From: Nageia nagi
Lineage: Eukaryota > Plantae > Pinophyta
Direction of reading: 5' to 3'
NCBI GenBank assembly: GCA_050084985.1
Contig: JBITNC010000001.1
Span: 16,740,001 to 16,804,000, forward strand
DNA length: 64,000 bases
Below are positions 14,729 through 28,100 of the stretch, piece by piece. The position numbers and the translations under genes are program-made. Each line of letters opens with the position of its first letter. Position 1 is the first letter of the stretch. Below the pieces are notes generated by a model. The model did not search any database. It saw nothing but the letters and a program-made list of their open reading frames with translations, and was not told where the DNA came from.

Positions 14729-15782
14729 TTATCCAAAATTTGGATCCTCTCAAAATTTAGTAATGTCATGTTCAAAGTGTTCAACATGTTTAGTTTATCT
14801 TCAAATTTTTGATGCTTCTTTTGGATCGAAAATCTGATTTACTTTGAGGGAGATATGTGATTTTTAAGTTAAGGTATTTTTTATTAAAAAATACAAGAGG
14901 TAAATTTTTTTTTCAAGTTCCTATTTATGTTTATTTTATAACATCATGTTGTAGATCTCATTTTCCTCTTTTTGATACTTTTTACGGTTCATGAAACCGA
15001 CTTCGTGATCAAAAGTTATTGCATTTTGAAGTGTGCAACTTTTTTAATGAAATGGGGGGTGTTTTGGGGGCCAAATTGCGAGGGGGCATTTGGGAGGCCA
15101 AATTACAAGCTACCAAGTGGCACCATATTATTGGATCCACCCAATTTATTAATTTTTGCATGTATTTTATGGTTGCTAAGGTGTTAGTTTTATTTTTAAT
15201 TGTTTATTTGGCCTAAAATTGGACTAAAGCTATTTCGCAAGTCTGTACCAACCAGATAGCATTATTTTTTATCTTTGAAGGCTCATATTTGGAGATTGGT
15301 TCAACCATTTAAGCCCAAATTTGAAATGAATATAGCAGAGCGAAATGGGTATCTAGAAATAGTGTGATTGTGGTTACTTCCTAGTTGTAAAACACTCCAA
15401 AATTGAGCCTAAATTCTATTATAAAAAGGGACAATTTGGACATGTTCAGGAGGAAGTAATTTTGGAGAATTGAGTTTAGTATTTTGTGTTTTTCAGAGCT
15501 ATATTGTGTATGTAAATGTGATAAGAGGTGCTGGAGGAATGTGGAGGTCACTGTACATTATTCCACCCACTGATTGAAGAGAGCTTTTGTTGCTCGATGT
15601 AACCCACACATGGTGAACTAGGGTAAATTGTCTTGTCTCTATGTGGTTGTGAATATTGCTCCTCTCTGGTTTTGCATTTTAATTATCTGAAACTTCCATT
15701 TGTAGGTACTTAAAATAATTAAGTGTAGAATGATCCTTAGGAAGGATTAAAGTGAATTTTTAATCTTTTAGATTATGGATCA
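14729..15782 (+). repeat. 3' LTR of the RT-less Gypsy element
   Basis: Direct repeat of 2396-3451, preceded by the PPT. Confidence 0.9.
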
Positions 15783-18636
15783 AATTTCTCCAAGTGTGTA
15801 GCATTATGTGCATCCCATCCTACAAATAGTTCAACCAAGTCCACTAACCAACCCTTCAAACAATCCCAAATAAAGTACTTCAAATCCCTCTTCAAGTGAT
15901 GATCCTTGAAACATTTTTTTAGCTATGATGAAGACAAAATTGAGGGAGGGGGTCAGGAAGGTACTTCAAATTCATTATCCTACTTTGGTTTTGGACAATG
16001 ATTTCCATATAAGACTTATTGGAGGTAAAGCTAAAGAAATTGTTCAGGTTGTTTAGATATTTGAGAAGATACACACATGTATGATGATGAAGATGAAGGT
16101 GCACCAAAAAGTGATGTTATTTGTGCTTTGATGATTGTTGCTAATTATGAACTTCTTGTTATGAATAATCTTGTATTAATAATGTTTGAATGTAAGCTAT
16201 GCATGAAGAAATTAATTCCATTGAAAAGAATGATACTTGGGAGCTTGTAGAATTGCCTAAGGGAAGGAAACATGTAGATTCCAAATGCATCTATAAGGGT
16301 AAATGTAATAATGTTGATATCATTGAAAGACATAAAGATAGACTTATGACTAAAGGACTCAGACAAAGATATGGATTTGACTATAAAAATATATATGCAT
16401 ATGTAGTTAGATAAGAAACAATGAGAATGATGCTTTTTTTAGCTGGTCAAAAGGGTTGGATTGTACATCATTTAGATGTAAAAAATGCCTTCTTGAATGG
16501 GTGCTTGGATGAGAAGGTCTATGTATAACAACATTAAGGTTTTGAAATCAAAGGTAAAGAAAATCATATGTACATGTTGACGAAGGCTTTGTATGGCCTT
16601 AAGTAGGCACCTAAGGCTTAATATAATGGAATTGATGGATACTTTTAGTAGAAAGGCTTCAAGAGAAACAAAAGCAAACCTACTATACTTCAAGAAAGAA
16701 GGTGACGATATTTTGCTTATTTATTTATATGTTGATGACTTGGTTTATATGGGTAATAATTCCAATTTGAATGATAGTTTTAAGATTGTCATTATGAGTA
16801 AATTTAAAATGAAAGATTTAAGATTGATGCACTATTGTCTTGGCATGGAGGTGCACCAAAGTAAGGATAAAATATTCATTTCTTAAATTAAATATGCAAA
16901 AGAAATGTTGAAGAAGTATGTTATAGAAAACTGCAATTAGTCCCTACTCCCATTGCTTATGAGAAGTTGTGTAAAGATGATGGGGTTGAAAAGATAAATG
17001 TAATTGAGTATATGAACATTATTGAGATCTTAATGTTTCTAGGTATATGAGTGAGCCATCTCTCTTGCATTTGAAGGTTGCTATGAAAATTTTGAGGTAT
17101 GTTAAATGTACTTTTGACTTTGATATACAATGTTCTGCTATTGAAGAGATGGAGTTAGCCAGTTTTAATGACTTATATTGGGAGAACAATTTGGATGATT
17201 GAAAGTGTACATATAGTAAGTATTTTTCTCTTGGATTTAGGTTGATTACTTGAGCTCAAGGAAGCAAGGATCAATAGCTTTAACTTCTAGTGAGGCTAAG
17301 TACATTATACTTACAACAACTGTTTCTTAGGCCTTATGGCTTATGAAAGTGTTGGAAGTGATAGGTGAGAAACAAAATGATTCCACTTTAGTTTTTTGTG
17401 AAAACATGAGTAGCATTTAAATGGTAAAGAATTATGTTTACCATAACATTTCTAAGCATTTTGATATAAAGGATTTTTTCATCCATAATATGGTGGAAAA
17501 GAAACATATTGAATTGAGGTATTGCAACTCCCATGATCAACTAGTTAATATATTTACTAAAGGTATAACTAAAACTTAATTTCTAAAGATGAGAAACTCA
17601 CTTATGAACCATCTGAGCATAAGGGAAAGAATGTTAAAATATGATATTAATTATATGAGATTTATGGATCAACAAAATAAATTTAAAATTCTTTTTGTAA
17701 CTAAAAAATAAAAAAAAATATGATTAAGAATAAGTTAATTTGTAACCGTTGTGACTATTATTTTACATGTAATAGCTTAAATTCTTTAGTTTGATTAATT
17801 TTAGATAATGTAACAACTTTTCCATTGCATTGTACAAATTTTTAGAATGTGAAGACAAATTGAATACGAAAAATCTATTTTTCCAACTTGATGTCTTTTT
17901 TGATATTGTATATAATCTAATTTACAAAATATATAAACAACCTACTTTGAAACTTAATAACTTTTTCTATGTAACTTTGTTTGTATAATGTGATACATTG
18001 TTAGAAAGATCATACCAACTTCTTTGTATCCATATATTACAAGTCTTATTTTATATATGTTTGATTCTTTAGTTTTCACCTTTAAAAATTACGTTTTAAT
18101 TTTTTTTAATCTACTTCTACCCTAACTCTTAGTACTTTGATACTTCTAAAAGTAAAGTCCCATGCGGGAGGTTACAAGATCTTTTTTCATAGAGCAGAGA
18201 AAATCCCATGAAACAAAATTATTTATGCTACAAGATTAATTGAAATCTTCTCTTGAAAAATAGGAACTACTATTTTTCAAGGTTACATATTTTCGCTGGT
18301 AAAAAGAGGTGGGGCTGAAAATTATTCCACCCTCTTAAAAAATTTAGAAATTTTTTAGGAAAATTTTATACTTGTCATTCGTCTATAAGGGAAAAATCAT
18401 AAAGATATTATATTCTTTAAATTTTAAAGCTTAAATTTTTAAGCTGAAACATACAATTCATGAGACCAATAGCTTAAAAATATTCCTACGAAATCATAAC
18501 AACACCCTCTTCTACTTTATAAGAAGCCCCCTCCATAGGACCTTACCCTAAACCTAAAAACCAATATTTAATATTTACATTTTTGAATACCAATTATAGA
18601 ATTCATATCAATCATATTTGATTTCTTCATTTTAAG

Positions 18637-18725
18637 CTCATTTGATTACCCGTTTATCAATTTTAACGCTTTGCTATGTAACTCTCATTTGATTACCCAT
18701 TTATCAATTTTGACGCTTTGCTATG
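18637..18725. repeat. Short direct duplication (42 bp x2) downstream of the SFR2-like gene
   Basis: ctcatttgattacc(cg/ca)tttatcaatttt(a/g)acgctttgctatg at 18637 and 18684. Confidence 0.85.
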
Positions 18726-19043
18726 AATTGTTATATTTGAATTGTTGCTTGCAAGTTATAAGATTTAAAAGCTAATACACAAAAATTAAAAAAAATTAAA
18801 AAAAACAAACATGACATTTGAAAATAATATATGGAAATAACAAAACTAACTACTGCACATTTGATTATATGTCAGACAGTTACACATTTACATAGTAATC
18901 ACCGTAGCTCCTTGAAAGATAGATTCTACTACTTGGTTAGATCATCGGTCCTTTCATAAGTAAAGGTAGGATTCTTCTTAATATAACGATTTTTTTATTA
19001 CTTTTCATCAGCTATTTTCTGTACATTTAGTTTATGCTAAGCA

Positions 19044-19177
19044 TCAGGACTGTGTGGCGATCCTCCATATACATCTCAGAATGCTGCTCAATGGATCCCT
19101 TAAGCCTTCCGGTTTATAGTGACCAAATCTCCAATCCTTCTGAACATATGGCCTTACTACTTGTTTCTCCATACTCC
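19044..19177 (-). CDS. SFR2: SFR2-like final coding exon 10
   Basis: [31 protein letters not shown] matches the SFR2 C-terminal RP.V.RDWRFGHY...GLQDPLS; TTTCAG acceptor; TGA at 19044. Confidence 0.88.
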
Positions 19178-22100
19178 CTGAAACACAACACATACAATAC
19201 ATGAAACGAGTTGGAAAATGGGGACAACACACATTACTCCTAGAGTAACATAAATCATTACTTTTTTAAAAAAAATGAAGCAAAGCCACACATGCAAATT
19301 TTTGGGTGTTCCAATAGTGGACATTTCATCATGTTCAGAGCAAATCCAAGTAGTTCTATATCTTCAAACCTTGAACTAAAGTATGCATCAGGGGGAAAGT
19401 TGAATTCATCTCCTCCCTTAATCCAAAGCTCCTATAAACCTAAAGATTATTTTTATGTCAAAATAACCAGGAAAGTTTTCACGTCATCTATAATATTTGT
19501 AAAAGAATGACTTTCAATCCATTAAGCAAACTTATTGATTGGAACCTTCTGGTTGGCAGATAATATATTTAAATGGTTTCTTCAATCGTATAGGATTACT
19601 TCACAACCTGTGGTGATAACGCGCCTTTTGGTGTTTTAATCTTAAAAATGCAACTAGTTAAACACACATATTGCAACCATGTGTTGGAAGCATCTTGGTA
19701 AATTTGAGTTTGCACTATTAACACAAGTTTATATGCACTCAAAGCAGGGTAGTCACTGGAGGCAGTTTTTTGAACTCCAATTATATGGGCATGTGAGATA
19801 TCTGGGTAGGAATCTCACACTACTTTCACTGTGCAAACATTTACCACCCCCAGCAAGAGTAACAAATAACATGTAACAATGATGAATTCAGCTTACGAGA
19901 TTCAATTATCAAATTCATCTATTTTCATTCTATATTAAAGTAGATGGAAGTCCATTGAAATGTAGTCTACAATCCATAATGGAGTAAGAAACCTCCAGTT
20001 GTATTAGCTTGAATATTGAGGAATGTTTGATTACAACAAAATTGATCAAAAGGGATGAAACCTACTGAAGATTTTTGAGCTGATCAATGTCAAGGTAAAG
20101 AAGAAGCTCCCTCCTCCTCACAAAGGTATCCTATATGACAATAGTCACACTGGCAAATCAGAGACTTCCATGGTCATTCATGTTTTCAGTTCTATGAATT
20201 TTACTCTTACAATAATTTGATGATTTATGCTCTTACTAGTTGACTAAGCTCCTTCCACCTCATTATCAAAGAAAAATTTGATCTCTGAGTTTGTTTTTAA
20301 GTTAGGGGCTGTGGATACTAAATATATGGGAACTGAGAATGGACAAATCTTGTCTCATCTCTTCATGCCAAATTTCATCTTGTCTATCAAAGTCTGACTA
20401 GAATCTATTCCTTCTGTTCTATTCTATAGTAGTTTAATCTAGTCTGAATTCAATTAATGCGAGTTTACGCGGAGCTATATGTTACAAAGCAGAGCAGAGA
20501 CTTGAAAATTATAAAAAACAAGCGCATACAAAGAAGGCAAGTAACATTGTCAATATCAACTTCAAATCATGTCAATGGAAAACCTGAACATTACAGCATA
20601 CTCTATGAATATAAATGATACACTAATCATCCCAGCTTACATATCTTCCTACTTAAACTGCCTGTTTCAGGTTAAATCTCAAATTAAGCTTCAACACTAA
20701 TCATCCCAGCTTACATTTCTTCCTACTTAAACTGCCTGTTTCAGGTTAAATCTCAGATTAAGCTTCAACAGTTATCTATGATATCACAATCTTAAGCTAA
20801 GATAAAAATGGAGGCAACTCTTTGGACATTTAATAATAAAAACAATTGGCTTTTGAAACAGCCTGTGAAACCATACGTACCATGGCAAACACCAAGACAA
20901 ATGATAAGATACACTAATCATCTCATCTTACATTTCTTCCTACTTAAACTGCTTGTTTCAGGTTCAATCACAAATCAAGCTTCAACAGCCACCTATCATA
21001 TCACAATCTTAAGCTAAGATAAAAATGAAGGCAACTCTCTTTGACATTTAATAAGAAAAACAATTGGCTTTTGAAACAGCCAGTGAAACCATACGTACCA
21101 TGGCCATCACCAAGACAAATGACATGGAGATTTTCTTTCTTCACGACACTTAGGAGTTCAGCCCAAGCTTGTTTCCTTTGTGCAGTGGTTATCAACCCAG
21201 ATTTAGCAACCTACAAAGAACAGTTTAGAAGTTCGAAACAACCTTGGTTATGTAAAACTGCAAAAAAAGACTAATAAATGATCCACTTCATGTTGAAATG
21301 TAATAATTATTTCTATCCTGCTTAAACAATGTAATTTAGCCTACTGAAAGTCAAATCTTTCGTCTCATGTGAAGTGGTGGACAGCATGAAGTACATTCTG
21401 TTAGGGTTGGGAAGAAAGACAAGCGTGTGTTGATGGAGGCCCTAATTTGGGTTTTGGGTTGCACTTTATGCCCTTTCTATGCTTCCTATTCATAGGAGTC
21501 ATGTATCTGCACCAGAGGATAGCTAACACTAAGAAGGTATTTTTAGAAGCTGGCTCTTTGAAAAGAAAAGCAAAAGGAATCTTTGTCTAAAGAACTTGAT
21601 TCCTTTTTGTTACGGAAGAGATTCGCCAAGAACAATGGTCTTGCATCTATAGTTGAAAGGAGGAGAATGTAGCGTTAAATTATTTCACAATGCTACTCTA
21701 GCTAGAAGGAATCAAAATAAAATTATGAGAATGAAATGCCAATGTTAGGTTTGACCGAGAACATGAATTTAATCAGGTAAGAAATTGTCTTCTTTTTTAT
21801 GAAATAAGAAGTTTTGACTAAGAAGGAGAAAATCTTTCTAATCAATATTCCCAATTCAGTATCAAACGAAGGCAAAAGCATGCTCATGAAGGAAATAAAT
21901 ATGAAGTAGAGGCCTTATTCAATATGTAAAGAAGTGAAGCTCAAGGGTCTGATGGACTTCCTATGACCTTTTTCCAAAAAAATTGAGATATTTGTACAAA
22001 TGATATAGTAGCAATTATCAAAGTATATAGAAAAAGAAGGAAAATGGGTAGTCATAGAAGTCAACCTTATTGGCCTTAATCCCCGATAAAAAGAACATCT

Positions 22101-25100
22101 CCACTTAGATGGATATAGACCAACCTCCCTATGATCTACAAACTGATAACAAAAATCATAGCAAGTAAACCAAAGGCAATTATAAACAAACTCATAGCTG
22201 ATGAACATAGTGATTTCTTAAAAATCAGGCAAATTTTGGATGAAATCCTAATTGGTCATGATAACATTCACTCTCCCCTGCCATAAAGAGGTAAGTGTGT
22301 TGATGAAATTGGACATCCAAAATGATTATGACACAATTGATTGGGGATTTCTTTTAAAGTTTTAAACGGATTTGGCTTCAAAATGAATTGTGTGATTAGG
22401 TAGGAAACTGTTTTTCTAAAGCTTTCCTTTATATCCTAATTAATGGAAGTCAAGTTGAATTCTTCCCTTCTGCTAGGGGATTAAGGGGGTTAAAGGCAAG
22501 GAGATCTCTAATCACTCTTTCTTTTTAGGAAAAATTACAAAAATGGTCTTTACAATTTTCAAAATTACAAAAATGGCCCTGTAAAATTTGTATTTACAAA
22601 AATGGCCCTCAAACTAACACCCAAGATCATGACTGCATTCAAATTGTTTGTTGGGCATCTCTCATTCTCTCTTCCATTCAGATTGTTTATCGAGTATATC
22701 TCACACTTTCTTTCCACAAGAAGAATAACCACCACCTCTACTGCCCACTCCTCACCCCATCGTTGTACTCACGTAATAAGCCAAAATTCTGTGAAGAATT
22801 GCAGGGAGATCAATTCAACCCAGAAAACAAGGAGATGCAAGACACCACAAACAAGAAGAGAAGCTGAAATTCTCATATTGATTCATACAGAAATGAGAAT
22901 TAAGCCCAAAATAAATAGGGCAAATCACAAACTAATTTACAACAGCATGTCAACCATGCGGGAGCAAAATGCACAAGTAGACAAATATGTGGTTATTCGT
23001 AACAGCCCAGCTAGAATAGTAAAAACTAAGGAAAAATTAATTAACCCTAGTGAACTTAAATTCTAACACCCCCCCTTAAGTGAACAAGGAAAGAAAGTGG
23101 CATACCCACAAAAAAGAGTCCCGGCAACAAGGCCTGATTAGGTACTCATGTACAATATGTGCAAAAAGTCTACTGCAAGATGATGAAAAAAACACATGGG
23201 GAAAAAAACCATCTCACAATAGATGAGGGAGGATGGAGAGGAAGATGTCCTCATCAGCACCCCCCAAGGACAACTTCCTTCACCCCAAGCAAGCCACGTA
23301 ACTGAAGAAAACGAGGTGCTGTAAAGGATTTAGTGAAGATATCCGCAACCTGGTCCGCTATAGGAATGTACTCCAAGCTGAGAATGCGATCCTGAATATG
23401 CCGATGGATGAAGTGCATGTGAACCTCAATATGTTTGGTGCGCTGATGCTCAACAGGATTACGCGAAATATGAATCGCGCTCTGATTATCACACCAAAGA
23501 ACTGTGGTCCTAGACTGAGAAAATCCAAACTCCAATTATTGTCGAAGCCAAAGTGCCTCCTGACTCGCATAAACAGCTGCTCGGTATTCTGCCTCAGTCG
23601 ATGAAAGTGCAATAGCCTGTTGCTTCTTGCACGACCAAGCAATAAGGGAAGAACCAAGACAAAAAACATAGCCAGAAGTAGAACGACGATCATCAGAAGA
23701 GCCAGCCCAATCAGAATCGGTATATCCACTCAACACTGGATCACCTCTCATGTAATGCAGACCATAGTGAGTAGTGCCCCTCACATATCGAAGAATCCTC
23801 TTGGCTGCCTGCCAATGAGACTCATGAGGGGTCTGTGCAAAACGTGAAACAAGCCCAACAGCATATGAAATGTCTGGTCGAGTATGAGTGAGATAGAGAA
23901 GACTCCCAACCAACTGGCGATACAAAGTAGCATCACACAATGGTGAAGTGCAAGAGGAAGTCAAAGTTACTCCACTTTGAAAAGGTGTTGGAGAAGGATT
24001 ACAATCAGCCATCCTCAACCGATGAAGAAGATCCAAGGCATATTTCTGCTGAGAAATAGAAATCCCTGTATCGTCTGTCACTTGAAAACCAAGAAAGTAG
24101 TGGGCCAAGCCAAGATCTGCCATCTCAAAGCGCTCAGAAAGAGCTTGCTGAACTGCCTGAATGAGAGAACGTGAAGTGCCGGTGAGAAGAAGGTCATCTA
24201 CATACAACACCAAAATAGTGATATCTGCTCCATGTCGCCAAATATAGACTATAGGGTCAGAGGAACATCGAACAAAATCAATGGAAAGAAGAAAAGTGTC
24301 CATCTTCTCGTACCATGCCCTAGGAGCTTGTTTGAGGCCATAGAGTGATTTCTTAAGCCTACAAACAAGTGCAGAATCCTGGACAAAACCGGCAGGCTGC
24401 TCCATATAGATCTCCTCATGCAAATCACCATGCAAAAAAGCCCTCTTCACATCTATCTGAAAAACTGACCATCCTTGAGTAGCAGCAAGAGCAAGTACAA
24501 GGCGAACAGAATCCATCTTGGCTACAGGAGCAAAGGTCTCAGAATAATCAATCCCTTCAACCTGTGAGAACCCCTTAGCAACAAGACGAGCCTTATACTT
24601 GTCAATAGAACCATCAGCTGCATACTTGGTTCGGTACACCCATTTACATCGAACCAACTTCCTCCCATGAGGTAAAGGAACAAGCTCCCAAGTATCATTC
24701 TTCATCAAAGAAGAATACTCAACTGCCATAGCATCATCCCACTCCGGCAAACCATGGGCCTCTGAAAAAGTCTCTGGATCACCTGAATGTGCCTGACCAA
24801 CAAGACTAGAATCAATGGAATGGCGACAAGGAGGAAGATCCTTAATGAAAGGTGCTGCATCCTCAAGTGTAGAGCGAGCCCATTTGGGCATGCGCCTACC
24901 ATCAGTGGAAGAAGATGCAACATCAGGAGGAGGAGAAGAAGGAGCTACAGCAGGTGGTGGAGATGGAGGAGGATCAATAGATGATGTAGGAGCAACAACC
25001 TCAGGAATATCCTCTCCATGAAGGATCTCAGAAGATGTGTCATGGGATTCAGGTAAGACCAAGGAATGAGAAAAAGAAGGAGAAGTAGGAAGGCACTCAT

Positions 25101-28100
25101 CAAACTGAACATGAGTGTGGAAGAAAAGATCATGGGTGTCAGGATAAATCAATCTATACGCCTTCATATCCTCACTATAACCAACAAAAATGAGAGGCTT
25201 ACTCTTCTTTTCCAAGGCCTTACACTTGCACTTCGGAATGAAGGCCCAAGCATGACTACCAAATACTCTGAAGCGTGACACATCAGGCTTGGTTCCACTC
25301 CAAGCCTCTTCAGGAGTCATATGATCAAGAGCCCGATGAGGAGTACGATTCTAAATGTAGTTCGCACAATTGACTACCTCAGCCCAAAAAATAGGAGGCA
25401 AGTCTCGAGAATGCATCATACAACTAGCCATCTCCTTCAATGTTCTGTTCTTCCTTTCTGCAACTCCATTTTGCTGTGGCGTGTGGGGAACTAAATCCTG
25501 ATGAATTATACCATGCTTCTGAAGAAACTCTGAAAACTCAGTACTGAAATACTCCCCCCCATTATCTGTGCGAAGCTTCTTAATGCAACTAGAAGATTGA
25601 TTCTCGACCAAAGCCTTGAAAACTTTGAAATGAGCAAAGACATCACTCTTGTACTTGAGAAAATACACCCAAGTACGTCTCGAGAAATCATCAATGAATG
25701 TAAGTGCATATCGAGCTCCAGTGAAAGAAGGGTGTGTAAAAACCATCAAGTCACTATGCACCAACTCTAAAAGAGAAGATGCACGATTGGCATTACCTTT
25801 AGGAAAAAGGTCTTGGTGTTGTTTCCCAAGAGCACAACCAGGACAAACACCATCAGAACAAGACACCTTAGGTAAGCCAATGACCATATTATGAGCATGC
25901 AACTCCTGCAAATATCCATAGTTGAGATGACCAAACCTCTCATGCCAAAGTCTACTCATAGAATCTGCATGGGAAACCAACCCAGTACCTGAATCATCAT
26001 CAAATCCCTTAAAATGATACAACCGTAAGGAATGATCAACATCACCACGAGCAATAAGGGATTGGGGTTCATTCAAACTCCGTATCTCAAAATCATCAGG
26101 AGTGAACAACACAGTCCTCCCCCCCCCAGTATTACAAATCTGATATATGGAAAGAAGGTTGGAAGAGAGCTCAGGAACCGAAAGCACATCAAGGATGTGA
26201 CCACCATCAACTGGAATGTCCCCTTTTCCCTTCATAGAGATGTGAGAGGAATCACCAACCTCAATTCTAGAAGTAGAAGTAGAACAAAGAGATGGAAAAG
26301 ACTCCGTGCATGGAGTCATGTGATGAGAGGCACCTGAATCCATAACCCATCTATCTGAAATCGAATGTCCTTTCCCACGAACATTCAAAGCCTTGCCTGA
26401 TACATGAGAAGATTCAGATTTTTGCTTCCTTTTATCATCTTTCATCCTTTTATAACACTTTTCAATTACATGACCAAGCTTCCCACAATAGGAACAAGTA
26501 GGCTTCTCTTTGTCTGGAGTGGATTTTGAATCAGGAGCTTTAGGAGCTGGCTGAGAAGTAGGAGTTTTAGGCTTAGGTTTGGGCTTACCCTTACCTTTAG
26601 ATGCAGTCAATGCTTTAGATGAAGATGAAGATGTCTCAAGAGTTGAAAGTTTAGACTCTTCCCTTGTAAGACGCTCACAAAACTCTTCCAACTTAGGCAT
26701 TGTGAATTTATCACCCATAGCATCTTTTGTAGAGAGGAATGTAGAAGCAAATACATGAAATGGACCCTTCAACTTTGATAAAATCAAATAGATGCATTCA
26801 TCCTCTTTCTTCTTTTTACCAGCACCCATCAATTGTATGTACAATTCTTTGAATTTAGTGAGATAATCGACCATGGTGGGAAAATCATCAGGAGACAAAG
26901 CAGTAAGATAAGCATCAATTTGCATAGCCCTCATAGTGTCAACTTTACCAAACAAGGATTCCAATTTATCCCATGCATCATGTGGTGTGGTAATATTATC
27001 AAGATGAAACCAAAAACTCTCACTAACATTTGCTTTAATCAACCCAAATGCTTCACCAGTTGCCTTTGTAAATGACCAAGTTTCATAATCAGATTTGAAT
27101 GTGAACTTTTATTCCTTAACGAGTGTGTTTAATCCTCTTTGTGCTAATATTGTCAACATCCGTGGCTTCCAAATGTGATAGTTATGAGGTGTGAGAGGTT
27201 CAATTTTAAATGAAGAATGCTCCATCTCAAAAACCAACAAGGAACCAAGAAACCAAGCGACAAGAGGTGCAAAAATCAGCACCCAACACAAGAAGACCCC
27301 ACCCAAATTTTATTCACTTTCAAATGACCCCCCACAAGAAACTTGCCGTCAAGGCTTACAATGTTACTAGTTTGGAAGATCTTATCTCCAGCTTTACAAT
27401 GCAAAAAACGGCACCTCAATTGGAGTCCGTTTGCTCAAGTTATGGAATTAAATGTGTTTGCCTTCCAAATCAATTAAATGGCCCTTTAAAACTATAGAAA
27501 AATTAAAATTTATTTTTCTAATTTAAAAAAAATAGAAAATAAACTATTTTTTTAATTTTTTTAAAACTATAGGGAAGCGGCCAGAAAAATAAATCAACCT
27601 GCAGAGCCCAGCGACAATGGAAGGCGAGGAGCCAAGCACGAGGAGGAGGACCATGCGAGCTGAGGAGAAGAGAGTGGGTTTCCAAGGGGCTACAAACACG
27701 CAGGAGTCCAACCAGATCTACAGCGAGCAAGCCATGGGAGTGCAGAGACCAGGAGCACTGTGAGGAGTAGCCAAAACCACGTAGGTCAGAGGCCAGGCGC
27801 GGCACAGGCTGGGGGCTTTGTTGTCAAGCAGAACAACCACATCTGTGTGCTCTAGGAGTGAGTGCGTGGAGAGAACGCTGTTATAGGGCTCAACTACAGA
27901 TGTTGAGACCTGTGGTGATGGGTATACAGTAAAATCGAGCTTGGACTTCTTGCCATAGTCCACGGAGAGATGCTCGAGGAGGAGGGAGCCCAGGCCAGAT
28001 CCAATACCTCCACCGACTGCGTTGAATACAAGGAATCCTTGGAGACCCGTACAATTGTCTGCAAGCTTCCTGATGCAATCGAGGCAGAGATCACTTGTGC

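Larger units (their letters stand above)
2396..15782 (+). mobile_element. Ty3/Gypsy LTR retrotransposon with both LTRs, gag, protease and integrase; RT and most of RNase H deleted; interrupted by a Copia at 5334-13313
   Basis: LTRs at 2396-3451 and 14729-15782. TSD aatat/aattt (1 mismatch). Met-type PBS tggtattagagc at 3456-3467. PPT gtggggaggaa at 14718-14728. gag remnants 3579-4560, protease LFDPGSQANLI at about 4714, integrase GHFGVGKT...VDRFSK...YGPF at 13336-14430. Confidence 0.9.
2150..17940 (+). mobile_element. Old, degenerate Ty1/Copia element (post-integrase region, RT, RNase H, PPT, 3' LTR) split by a nested Gypsy at 2396-15782
   Basis: 2165-2350 reads HFK.FGCLAYAHVADEFRKKVD...SRDIIFD. 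After 15783 come [35 protein letters not shown] and RNase H remnants. PPT aagggaaagaa at 17621-17631 is followed by TGTT at 17632. The 5' end is missing and the LTR end is uncertain. Confidence 0.8.

Noticed and set aside
22602-23066. 154-aa ORF and its near-duplicate 168-aa ORF at 28095-28601
   Set aside because: Both run through the antisense strand of the two Copia LTRs. The similarity is just LTR identity.
27718-27963. A functional alpha-tubulin gene
   Set aside because: Only about 93 of about 450 codons, no ATG, a GTP-loop substitution, and embedded in a retroelement. Reported as a captured fragment.
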